Sequence record: PP400781
Reading direction: 5' to 3' (one strand)
Source: Escherichia phage FL20
DNA: 64,000 nucleotides
Part shown: positions 18,698 to 26,953 of the stretch, piece after piece
Position numbering within the stretch: the first letter of the stretch is position 1
Layout: every line of letters begins with the position of its first letter
Translations under genes and position numbers: made by a program
Notes under the pieces: model-generated
Seen by the model: only the letters and a program-made list of their open reading frames with translations
Told to the model about the DNA's origin: nothing
Database searches by the model: none

Positions 18698-19452
18698 TAT
18701 AAACCTACCTTCGCTTTCATCAATTCAATCCACGACGCATCAATCGGAAGCCCGTATTTCACGCGTTCTTTTTGTGCTGGCGTTAAGTTCTCATACTTAG
18801 AAAGAGATTCAATCAAAACGCTGGTATATTTTAGCACGATTTCGGTATTGTTTGCAATAGCCTTAAGTTTTTCTTCTTTCTTGTTGATTTCGCTAAGGGC
18901 TTGCTTGAGATCTGCAATTTTCTGATAACGTTCTTCCATACGGAAGAGAGTATTTTTAATCGCTCGCTCGGCTGCCTCTGCTTTCTCCGGTTCGTTGTGC
19001 TTTTTGTGGCGCTCGATTGCTAATTTCTTTTCTTCGATTGCCATTTCCTGATTTTTGATGCGATTCTCGTTAAGTTCGATCCACTCGATGTACTTCGCAC
19101 GTAGGGCAATTTCATCATCAGAAAGTTTACCGTTAGTTCCTAGTTCCTGGATCTCTTTAAGAGATTCGATAGTGTGATTGCCACGGAAAGAATTGTATTT
19201 CAGTTTAACCGGAATTACATTGCCATCAACATATCCCAGATTGCAATCAATGCGCTCTAAGGAGAGTCCGTCATCACCTTCACCGAAAGCCTCACCTGAA
19301 TAGGCACAATGAGTCTGGCGGTAAATGTTACGAACAGTGACTAAGCTCATAGAGAAGTCTTTGTTGCGACGTGAAGCACCAGCCATGATAGAGTTCAGCC
19401 GGAAAACAACCAACGCCAATTCTTCGTTAGATTTAAAAGCAAACAGTTTCAT
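18697..19452 (-). CDS. Hypothetical protein with coiled-coil C-terminal half
   Basis: 251 aa; N-terminal region with CAYSGEAFGEGDDGLSLERIDCNLGY; size and position between dda and 56 would fit T4 srd but sequence identity not verified. Confidence 0.4.
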   Translation of the reverse strand: MKLFAFKSNEELALVVFRLNSIMAGASRRNKDFSMSLVTVRNIYRQTHCAYSGEAFGEGDDGLSLERIDCNLGYVDGNVIPVKLKYNSFRGNHTIESLKEIQELGTNGKLSDDEIALRAKYIEWIELNENRIKNQEMAIEEKKLAIERHKKHNEPEKAEAAERAIKNTLFRMEERYQKIADLKQALSEINKKEEKLKAIANNTEIVLKYTSVLIESLSKYENLTPAQKERVKYGLPIDASWIELMKAKVGL

Positions 19453-19481
19453 AATTGATTCTCCTTAGTTGGCATGTGTGT

Positions 19482-19510
19482 ATTATTGTCTATCTGGTTT
19501 GTGCTGTCAA
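19482..19510 (-). promoter_or_regulatory. Sigma70-type early promoter
   Basis: TTGACA followed at about 17-19 nt by TAATAC/AATAAT, upstream of the AGGAGAATCAA leader. Confidence 0.45.
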
Positions 19511-19513
19511 CAC

Positions 19514-20017
19514 TTAAATTAAAGAAAATTTGTAAATCTCTATCAGATCGCCGTTACACGCGTAAACTTCCTCGATCTCATCAAGGATCATGGTCGTCCC
19601 TGTCTTGTATATACACTCGCGCTCATCTGCCAACATAGCATACAAAGACAGTCGAGTAGTCGGATTGTCATACTCTTTAGACACCACTCGGTCAATAGCA
19701 TGTTCGTAATAATTCATGCAAGGTTTGGTAGGTTTTATTGCAATAATCTTTCCTGTTGCATAAACATCGGTTGCAAAGTCCTCTGCTGTTGATTGCAGTG
19801 GCGTAAAGCTCATAGGACGCTCTACAACGAAAGAATCACCTACAATTAAGGTATCCAGCTTACGGCCTTCTCTTTTGCTCACACCGCGATACAAGGCTTC
19901 ATGATGCACTAACCGTTCAGTCTTTTCAATCAATCCATTAAGGATCGACATATCGATATTTTCTTTAGAGTTCATCACTTCATCAATGATGTTAAGTTCT
20001 TCTGGTGTAAATTGCAT
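19514..20017 (-). CDS. Hypothetical protein (167 aa)
   Basis: ATG at 20015-20017 with GGAGG RBS; the track's earlier ATG lies inside a TTGACA-17-TATTAT promoter. Confidence 0.45.
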   Translation of the reverse strand: MQFTPEELNIIDEVMNSKENIDMSILNGLIEKTERLVHHEALYRGVSKREGRKLDTLIVGDSFVVERPMSFTPLQSTAEDFATDVYATGKIIAIKPTKPCMNYYEHAIDRVVSKEYDNPTTRLSLYAMLADERECIYKTGTTMILDEIEEVYACNGDLIEIYKFSLI

Positions 20018-20085
20018 AATAAAAAGCCTCCAATCTTTCGACGGGAGGCATAATAAAACCATGATAGAGTATTGTCAACTAATTT

Positions 20086-20604
20086 TTAGTAGCCGCGTTC
20101 TTGACGGGCGAAGTTTTCAGCATTTTTCAGATAGTACAGAATAAAGAGTTCTTTAGCGTCAATACCCAGCGGGATCATCTTTGACAGAATGAAGTGGATA
20201 GCGTCCACAAATTCAAATTTCACTTCAAGCTGATCTTCCGGTGACAGTTCAGAGAATTTACGCGCTCGCGCTTCCCCGTGGTTCTTTTTCCACATTTTCC
20301 AGATTGCACTTGCATCTTTACCGTTGGACATTCCACCCAGCGATGTGTAAAGCTCTCGTGTTTCGTCTGCGATAGCGTCATCCATCCGTTGCATCCAATC
20401 CAGCATTTCACCGCAAGTCTCTAGCTTCGTTGGATTTGGGACCCAATCAAATTTTTCGGATAGTGCAACCTGCAAACCAGTTTGCATTTCGAGCATCACC
20501 TGAAACGGATCTTTACCTTCTGCAATCGCGTGATGATATGCGGCGATAGCCGCGTTAATATCTTTTTCGTTAACCAGACCAGCACAAGAATTAAATTCTG
20601 ACAT
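20086..20604 (-). CDS. 56: dCTP pyrophosphatase gp56
   Basis: 172 aa; blocks DPFQVMLEMQ, KLETCGE, SPEDQLEVKFEFVDAIHFIL, FILYYLKNAENFARQERGY match T4 gp56; GAGGTGA RBS. Confidence 0.85.
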   Translation of the reverse strand: MSEFNSCAGLVNEKDINAAIAAYHHAIAEGKDPFQVMLEMQTGLQVALSEKFDWVPNPTKLETCGEMLDWMQRMDDAIADETRELYTSLGGMSNGKDASAIWKMWKKNHGEARARKFSELSPEDQLEVKFEFVDAIHFILSKMIPLGIDAKELFILYYLKNAENFARQERGY

Positions 20605-20618
20605 ATTCACCTCATTAA

Positions 20619-21647
20619 TTAAAATTTACAATATTTCATAAACCGCATTTTAGCCATCAGACCTTGTACGGTGTTCTCTTTGATATATTCCATGATCTGG
20701 TCGCGTGTAGCGCCCTCGTCCTGAATCATGGCGTTAACGTCTTTAGAATGCCACGGGCAACGGTCCCACAAAACAATCTTTTCCCCTGCATTGATAAACT
20801 TTTCCAGTCGGTGCATTGTATCGGCAGACCGTGGTTCCGCATCAAGTACAAACACTCGCTGATCAGGGAAAGGAATTTCATCTAATCCCAAAGTACCGCC
20901 AGTAATTGCACACCCGTTATCAATAAACAATGAATCGATCGGACCTTCTAAGAAATACACTGGTTTACTCGGATCGGCGCGTTCAAGACCATAGACCTTA
21001 CTCGCTAACTCATGAGTTTTAATCGTCATATATTTGGTCTTTCCGTAATCCTTTCTCAATGCTCGCCCCTGAATGGATTCTATCTTGTTCTCGCGGTTAA
21101 AGATAGGAATCACTAAACGCGGTTCAGGTTGTGGATTCTTGAAAGTATCAGCCTTAATGTGATTTGCTACCTTTTGCCATTCTCTCGTGAAATACAGAAG
21201 ATCCCATTTATCGTGAGGAATACAGCGATCACTGACATACTTTATTATAGGATGATTAGCCGGAAGAGTATCTAATCTCTCGCAGAAAGGCAATGTTTGC
21301 ACTTTCTTAATCTCCGGCTTTTCTACCTTTTTCAGTGGCTTGAACGTGGTGTTCTTGTGGTCGCCTTGTTCCTTCCGTCGTTCCATAAGCCATTCCCTGA
21401 ATAGGTCCGGCTTATACTGTTTGAGAAATTCACCTAACGGCTGATTGTAGTTACAGTTGAAACACGATGCGCGTAACGAGTCTTTATAAGTGTAGATTCT
21501 GAAACGCGCCATTGTGCTATTCTTTTTGGAATCTCCGCAGATCGGACATGAGCATACCAATGTAAATGATTGAGTGTGTAGGCGTTTAAAGTTTCTCTCA
21601 CCATATATCGCCTTCTCTGCAATCTCACAATCTGCGTAGTATATCAT
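20619..21647 (-). CDS. 61: DNA primase gp61
   Basis: 342 aa (same as T4); zinc ribbon CPICGDSKK...CFNCNY; TOPRIM region EPRLVIPIFN, LEGPIDSLFIDNGCAITGG, SKDVNAMI, IMEYIKENTVQGLMAKMR. Confidence 0.9.
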   Translation of the reverse strand: MIYYADCEIAEKAIYGERNFKRLHTQSFTLVCSCPICGDSKKNSTMARFRIYTYKDSLRASCFNCNYNQPLGEFLKQYKPDLFREWLMERRKEQGDHKNTTFKPLKKVEKPEIKKVQTLPFCERLDTLPANHPIIKYVSDRCIPHDKWDLLYFTREWQKVANHIKADTFKNPQPEPRLVIPIFNRENKIESIQGRALRKDYGKTKYMTIKTHELASKVYGLERADPSKPVYFLEGPIDSLFIDNGCAITGGTLGLDEIPFPDQRVFVLDAEPRSADTMHRLEKFINAGEKIVLWDRCPWHSKDVNAMIQDEGATRDQIMEYIKENTVQGLMAKMRFMKYCKF

Positions 21648-21651
21648 AATA

Positions 21652-22206
21652 TCACCTCTCTTTATATCGTGATGTTCTGGTCTGACTCTTCCATATTCTT
21701 CTTATGGTTATCGTGTGCACTCCGTATATTATAGCAAGTTCTTTTACAGACGCAACACCCTGTTTAGACCTGATCTCTTCTACTTGATGGTCAGTTAACT
21801 TTGCGTTTCCGTGTGTTTCTCCATAGTTTTTGTTCAATCCTTCTTCTTTAGCGTGTATAAGATTTTCTCTTTGTGTTGTCCACTCAAGGCCATACAGATC
21901 AAAATCCTTTTTATCACCAAATTTGTGATTTACTACAGGGTAGTTGTTTGGATTTGGTATAAATGCTTCTGCTAATGCCCTATGAATATAAACGCCGACG
22001 GTCTTTGGCTTGCCCGACTTTGTTCTGTTGGCGTAATCTCTTATATTACAAGAGACATAACCTTTTGTTATTTTAGTTGATCTGACCTTGCCAGTGGCTT
22101 TATTTCTTAGTTTACCATAAGAACTAATTTCATATTCTGGATACGATACGCCCATATAAACAAGGTCTTTCCATTCTTCTGGATGTTCATCACAATACCG
22201 TTTCAT
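21652..22206 (-). mobile_element. HNH homing endonuclease gene (free-standing)
   Basis: 184 aa; EISSYGKLRN (N-terminal homing-endonuclease-type motif), HNH core VNHKFGDKKDFDLYGLEWTTQRENL, C-terminal HTH; inserted between 61 and the 61.x-type small genes. Confidence 0.7.
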
Positions 22207-22221
22207 GATGTTATTAACCTC

Positions 22222-22425
22222 TTATAGCTCAAATTTCATGAAAGTTCCTACACTTTCATTTTCATTCTCTCCGTTTTCATCTAAGCCAAATTTATAGACA
22301 CTACCATCTGGCGATGTGTAAGAGAATACACGAAAACGGCCTACCGGGTCAAGTTCCATGAACTCATATTCTTTTCCTGCTTCAAACAGTGCATATGTGC
22401 TTTTAAGACATTTCATCGTAATCAT
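22222..22425 (-). CDS. Hypothetical small protein
   Basis: 67-aa ORF. Confidence 0.4.
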   Translation of the reverse strand: MITMKCLKSTYALFEAGKEYEFMELDPVGRFRVFSYTSPDGSVYKFGLDENGENENESVGTFMKFEL

Positions 22426-22745
22426 TTAAGCGCCACCGACAACAGAATGAGAACTACACCAACATACATTGTGATCTCGGATAACTTTTCTGTTTTTGTT
22501 TTGTGTCCAGATAATCCGAAAACAACAACACCGATAATAGCGGACAGCAAGCCAACGATAAACATGATGATACTAAGCACCGTCTTTCTCCTTTTTGCGT
22601 TTTTCTTTACCCGCTACACTAGGTCCACGATTGGTAATAGATCCGCTCGTTTCCCCTGCTGCGATCTTCTCAGGATTGCCGCCAGCATCGCCAGCGGTCA
22701 TATCTTCTTTGAGTTTATTTTCTTCAACAAACTGTTTAAATCCAA

Positions 22746-23123
22746 TCATAGAATAATCTCTTTCAGTAAGTCAACAATCTGGTCTTTCGTCAGTTTATCC
22801 TGATTCTCTACAATCTTGATAACACAAGCATTAACATCTTTTCGAGTCACGCGGGAGATCGTTTTAATACGATGAAACGGTTCGTAGAAATATACTGCTT
22901 CATTATAGAGCGCAGCAATTTTTCGACGCATTTGATCTTTATCTGACAAGAAAACAAGTGCTGTTTTATGACCTTCGACACCCGCCACGTTATATAGTTC
23001 AGCAACACCCCAGCGACCTTCCGGTTCAATCATTCCGGCGTGTTTACCGTCGATAAAAATAAGAATATCTCCGTTGAATGCGGTTTTGAATGCTACATCT
23101 TCCGGCGTAATCATATTTTTCAT
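22746..23123 (-). CDS. Hypothetical protein
   Basis: 125-aa ORF. Confidence 0.45.
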   Translation of the reverse strand: MKNMITPEDVAFKTAFNGDILIFIDGKHAGMIEPEGRWGVAELYNVAGVEGHKTALVFLSDKDQMRRKIAALYNEAVYFYEPFHRIKTISRVTRKDVNACVIKIVENQDKLTKDQIVDLLKEIIL

Positions 23124-23153
23124 AATATAGTCTCCTTAGAGTTTCATTATAGA

Positions 23154-23789
23154 TCAAGCGAACGTAGAAAGCAAATGTTTTGTTTCTTTCAGTTGTCGTT
23201 CAAGATCTTTGCGTTTCTCTTTAAGTTGCATTTTAGCATTATTTCGCTCTCTTGTAACCTCTTTATCAATGCTCTTATTCCAATTATCAATATCAGAATA
23301 AGTTGGCATACCCAATTCTAAACCTAATGCGGTTGGATACAGGGTAACAGTCCATAAACCGCCAATCTTCTTAAACAGGTCTGGGTGTAATGTACTACCT
23401 ACATCTTCCGGTGTCAACTCTTTTTCTTCTTTCAGTGGTGGGGTCTCGTCATATGGTTCCAGTGCATTTACTTTAATATCAGATACCTCATCAAAGAATC
23501 CGCGTACATCCGCAGGAAATACGCAAGCAATTTCCCAACCGTGATCACGCAGAGAAGTAATATTTTTCACCCCCCCACCATGTGTGATGATTGATGTGAC
23601 ATTGCCATCAAGGTCCACCGAATTTACGAGAAATGGCTTATCGTCTGTCAGATCATTATAAAACTGTGCTTCGGCTGTAGTCATCTCCAGAAACAGATCT
23701 CGGATCGGACGACCATCAGGTGCGTTACCTTCCTTGAGAGTATAAAAACGACTTACGATCCATTTTGGCGGTAAAGCATTAGCAATCAT
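23154..23789 (-). CDS. Hypothetical protein (61.x region)
   Basis: 211-aa ORF immediately upstream of 41; Lys/Glu-rich C-terminal coiled coil. Confidence 0.45.
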   Translation of the reverse strand: MIANALPPKWIVSRFYTLKEGNAPDGRPIRDLFLEMTTAEAQFYNDLTDDKPFLVNSVDLDGNVTSIITHGGGVKNITSLRDHGWEIACVFPADVRGFFDEVSDIKVNALEPYDETPPLKEEKELTPEDVGSTLHPDLFKKIGGLWTVTLYPTALGLELGMPTYSDIDNWNKSIDKEVTRERNNAKMQLKEKRKDLERQLKETKHLLSTFA

Positions 23790-23839
23790 GTTATATCTCC
23801 TATCAAATCATTCACCAGCGCCCCGCAGGGCGCATTTTA

Positions 23840-25252
23840 TTAGAAAGTCATGTTATTTGCTAGCTCGTCGAGTTTTTCTCGTTTCTCGGCTTGCTGTGCG
23901 CTTTGTGGTTTAACTTGTGCATTCTCCTGATCTGCGATCTGGTTTGGTACTTCATACCAACGCTGATTTCCTTTTTTCACACCAACGTTAAACCGTGAAT
24001 AGTAGTTCTTATCACCGTAACGAGATTTAATCTGCTTCATGAGTTGGACGCCCATTTTAGCCAGGTCTTCGGTTTCGATAACACCCAACATAAAATCTGC
24101 TGTAGCCGGAAGACCTGCTGATTCAGCGGTATCACTCATGTTAAGGTCGGAAGCATCCCAACCCGCGCGGGTAGTCTGTGCTGCAGTCCAACCAACAACA
24201 TCCCACTTAACAAAAAATCCTCGCAGTTCTTCCGCAATCGCCTTAACTAGTGTGTAACTATTTTCAGAGTATACACGCAAGCGAGACGATGCGCAAATCC
24301 CCAGATAGTCAACAATCACAACATCAGGTTTAAACTGTTTCTTGAGTCGCAATTCATTCATTAACGCTTCAAAGTGATTGGAGTTTGCGCCACCAGTCGG
24401 ATACTGCTTGATCATCAATTTTCCAACCGGACGATCTCCGATCTTCTTATTCTTAACACGCTTCATGCGTGCGGAATATTCCGCAAAAGAAACATTACCA
24501 TTATCCAATTCATCTAATGTAATGTCAAGCAAGTTTGCGTCGATACGTTTGGCTACGACATGCTCTGCCATCTCCATTGAGATATACAATACATCATAAC
24601 CACATTCCATATAATCCGCAGCAAGAGAACATAATCCAAGCGATTTACCAACATTTACACCAGCCAACAACACATTTAGCGTTTTTCTTTCCGCACCTCC
24701 TTTCGTGATTTTATTCAACATCGGCAGCTTAAACGGGATCTTATTCGCCTTAGTCTGATATAGCAAGAATCGTTTTTCAAAGTCATTAAACCAGTCATGA
24801 CCTACATCAGAATCAAACGTAATGGATAGTGCTTCCTGCATGATCTCAGGAATAGCACCCTCACTCGGCAATTTCTTATTCTGTTTCTCTTTTGGTAGTT
24901 GTGCGTTCGCCTGAATCTCTAGCGCCCGTGACATTGCATTATACATGGCACGGTCACGAATAAATTTTTCGGTTTCCTTCATTAACCAATCAAGGTCTTC
25001 CGGTGTATTCTCCAGCGAATCGAGAAGAGTTTTAGCCCCTTCATATGTTGTCTGATTGCCTCTCTCCTTGTCTAAAGCAATCTGTAATGCAGTTGGCGTA
25101 GGAATATTGGAATATTCGTCTACGTGCTTTTTAATCAGCTTATAAATCAGTTTTTCTTCGTCTTCGGTGAAGTAGTCCGCTTTAAGGTGAGGCCATACAT
25201 TCGTAAAGAATGCGCCATTGTAAATCAACTGTGAAAAGATGGTTTTAATCAT
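23840..25252 (-). CDS. 41: Replicative DNA helicase gp41 (DnaB-like)
   Basis: 470 aa; Walker A LLAGVNVGKSLGLCSLAADY; blocks YISMEMAE, KQYPTGGA, VIVDYLGIC, ESAGLPATADFMLGVIETE, IKSRYGDKN collinear with T4 gp41. Confidence 0.9.
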   Translation of the reverse strand: MIKTIFSQLIYNGAFFTNVWPHLKADYFTEDEEKLIYKLIKKHVDEYSNIPTPTALQIALDKERGNQTTYEGAKTLLDSLENTPEDLDWLMKETEKFIRDRAMYNAMSRALEIQANAQLPKEKQNKKLPSEGAIPEIMQEALSITFDSDVGHDWFNDFEKRFLLYQTKANKIPFKLPMLNKITKGGAERKTLNVLLAGVNVGKSLGLCSLAADYMECGYDVLYISMEMAEHVVAKRIDANLLDITLDELDNGNVSFAEYSARMKRVKNKKIGDRPVGKLMIKQYPTGGANSNHFEALMNELRLKKQFKPDVVIVDYLGICASSRLRVYSENSYTLVKAIAEELRGFFVKWDVVGWTAAQTTRAGWDASDLNMSDTAESAGLPATADFMLGVIETEDLAKMGVQLMKQIKSRYGDKNYYSRFNVGVKKGNQRWYEVPNQIADQENAQVKPQSAQQAEKREKLDELANNMTF

Positions 25253-25566
25253 ACATAGCCCCCAACTACACGCATAACAAAGGTCTTGAGTTTATACCAG
25301 AAAGTTTCTTTTTTCAACTTTTCTTCTGCTTCTTTGATCTGCGCGGTTAACGCCTTAATGACGTGTGGATATACCACATCACGATCTGACGGCGTGGAGT
25401 AGTCGACCACAATACCTTTAGTGTCTGGATCGTATTCAACATTATGAATATAGACAATATGATGTTCTCCCTCTTCATCAACAATTATCAGTTCCTGGAT
25501 AACTGTCTTCATTGCTTCTTGAATCAAGCTGTGTGCTTCTTCTAAACTTGTTGGTTTCTTATCCAT
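25249..25566 (-). CDS. Hypothetical protein at gene 40 position
   Basis: 105 aa; between 41 and uvsX as T4 gene 40; hydrophobic C-terminus; identity to gp40 not verified. Confidence 0.35.
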   Translation of the reverse strand: MDKKPTSLEEAHSLIQEAMKTVIQELIIVDEEGEHHIVYIHNVEYDPDTKGIVVDYSTPSDRDVVYPHVIKALTAQIKEAEEKLKKETFWYKLKTFVMRVVGGYV

Positions 25567-25621
25567 AATATAATCCTCTCTAGATATGAAAAAGGGGCAC
25601 GTAGCCCCTTTACTACCATTG

Positions 25622-26692
25622 TTATGCTAACATATCTTCGATTTCTTTGTCAACTGCTTCGTCGCTGATCACTTGCCCCAGCTTATAATGATCGTTGATT
25701 GCTTCGTTAAACTTATCGTTTGTCAGAAGCGGTTTCCAGAACTCAATGCTATTGGTTTCTTTAGCACGGAACTTGCGTTCTTCGGTTTCCATCTCTCCGG
25801 TCTCAGTATTCAGGATTGAACGAGAATACCAGCCGTTTGACGGTTTCACTACCCAACCTAACTCTACAGCCAACTCCAGCAAACCGGAATAAGGATCGAT
25901 GCCACCGCTAAATGTTACGCTAATCGGGAACTTAGATTTTTCTTTAACGGTTCGTGATTTTTCCGCATTCAGGATAAAATCATAACCAGTAATTTCGGTT
26001 CCTTCTTTCTGCTGACGACGACCAATAATGAAAACTTCATTGGCTGAATACATCGCGCCCGTACCGCCGGACATAACGGTCTTACTAAACATTTCTTGTG
26101 TTTCGTAAGTGTGGTTAATAGCGATGCACGGGATATCATTCATAGTCAGATATGGCGTCACCATACGGAACAAGCCTTTAAGTGCTTTAGCTCGCGTCAT
26201 ATCCTGTGCAGATTTCTCATTAATCGCGTCTTCAACTTCTTTTTTACTTGCTAAGTTACCGATTGAGTCAATAAAGATGATCACTTTATCTTCACGGGTA
26301 ATTTGCTCAAGCTGGTTCATGATTTCAAATTTAAGTTCTTCGATGTTCTTGATTGGAACATGCACCACGCGATCAGGGTCTACACCCATAGACTCCAGAT
26401 ATGCGGAAGTAATACCAAACTCAGAATCAAAGAACAAGCACGCCGCATCAGGATTCTGTTTCATGTATGCACTAACGCAAGTTAATCCCATGTTTGATTT
26501 AAAGTGCTTAGACGGACCAGCAAAGAAAATCAGACCAGATTGAAAGCCTTTTTTAAGATCACCTGAAAACGCAATATTCAGCATCGGGATCTTAGTGCGA
26601 GTATTTGTTTTTTCGTTAAAGAAGCTGGATTTAGACAGTACCGCAGTAGTTTTCAGGGTAGAGTTCTTTTTCAGTTTTTCCAGTACAGACAT
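25622..26692 (-). CDS. uvsX: UvsX recombinase (RecA-like)
   Basis: 356 aa; Walker A GPSKHFKSN; blocks CLFFDSEFGIT, DSIGNLASKKEVEDAINEK, DMTRAKALKGLFRMVTPY, IPCIAINHTYETQEMFSKTVMSGGTG, GGIDPYSGLLELAVELG match T4 UvsX (C-terminal tail shorter). Confidence 0.9.
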   Translation of the reverse strand: MSVLEKLKKNSTLKTTAVLSKSSFFNEKTNTRTKIPMLNIAFSGDLKKGFQSGLIFFAGPSKHFKSNMGLTCVSAYMKQNPDAACLFFDSEFGITSAYLESMGVDPDRVVHVPIKNIEELKFEIMNQLEQITREDKVIIFIDSIGNLASKKEVEDAINEKSAQDMTRAKALKGLFRMVTPYLTMNDIPCIAINHTYETQEMFSKTVMSGGTGAMYSANEVFIIGRRQQKEGTEITGYDFILNAEKSRTVKEKSKFPISVTFSGGIDPYSGLLELAVELGWVVKPSNGWYSRSILNTETGEMETEERKFRAKETNSIEFWKPLLTNDKFNEAINDHYKLGQVISDEAVDKEIEDMLA

Positions 26693-26703
26693 TATTAATA
26701 CCT

Positions 26704-26931
26704 CTATTCAGTTAATCCGTAATACTTTAATTGCTTCATTGTTATTCGATCTTTGTAGTGCTCTTGAATTAACTTTTTCATCGCATCAACATCGATCGTC
26801 ACAAATACTTCGTTGCTGTGATTTCCGTGAACTTTCTTGAAATGCTCTATGCCTTCCTCACGTCCACGTTTAATCTTTTCAATGTCTCTCATAATATATT
26901 TCTCACATTGGCGGGTATCGTCACCCAACAC
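26704..26931 (-). CDS. Hypothetical small soluble protein (not imm-like)
   Basis: 75 aa, charged, no TM segments; the only ORF between uvsX and 43. Confidence 0.4.
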   Translation of the reverse strand: MLGDDTRQCEKYIMRDIEKIKRGREEGIEHFKKVHGNHSNEVFVTIDVDAMKKLIQEHYKDRITMKQLKYYGLTE

Positions 26932-26953
26932 CCGCCATTATACACACTTTATC

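Noticed and set aside
18697-19452. Assigning the 251-aa ORF as Srd
   Set aside because: Only size and position support it; I could not verify sequence similarity from memory, so it is left as hypothetical.
26704-26931. 75-aa ORF between uvsX and 43 considered as imm
   Set aside because: T4 Imm is a membrane protein with two TM helices; this ORF is charged and soluble.
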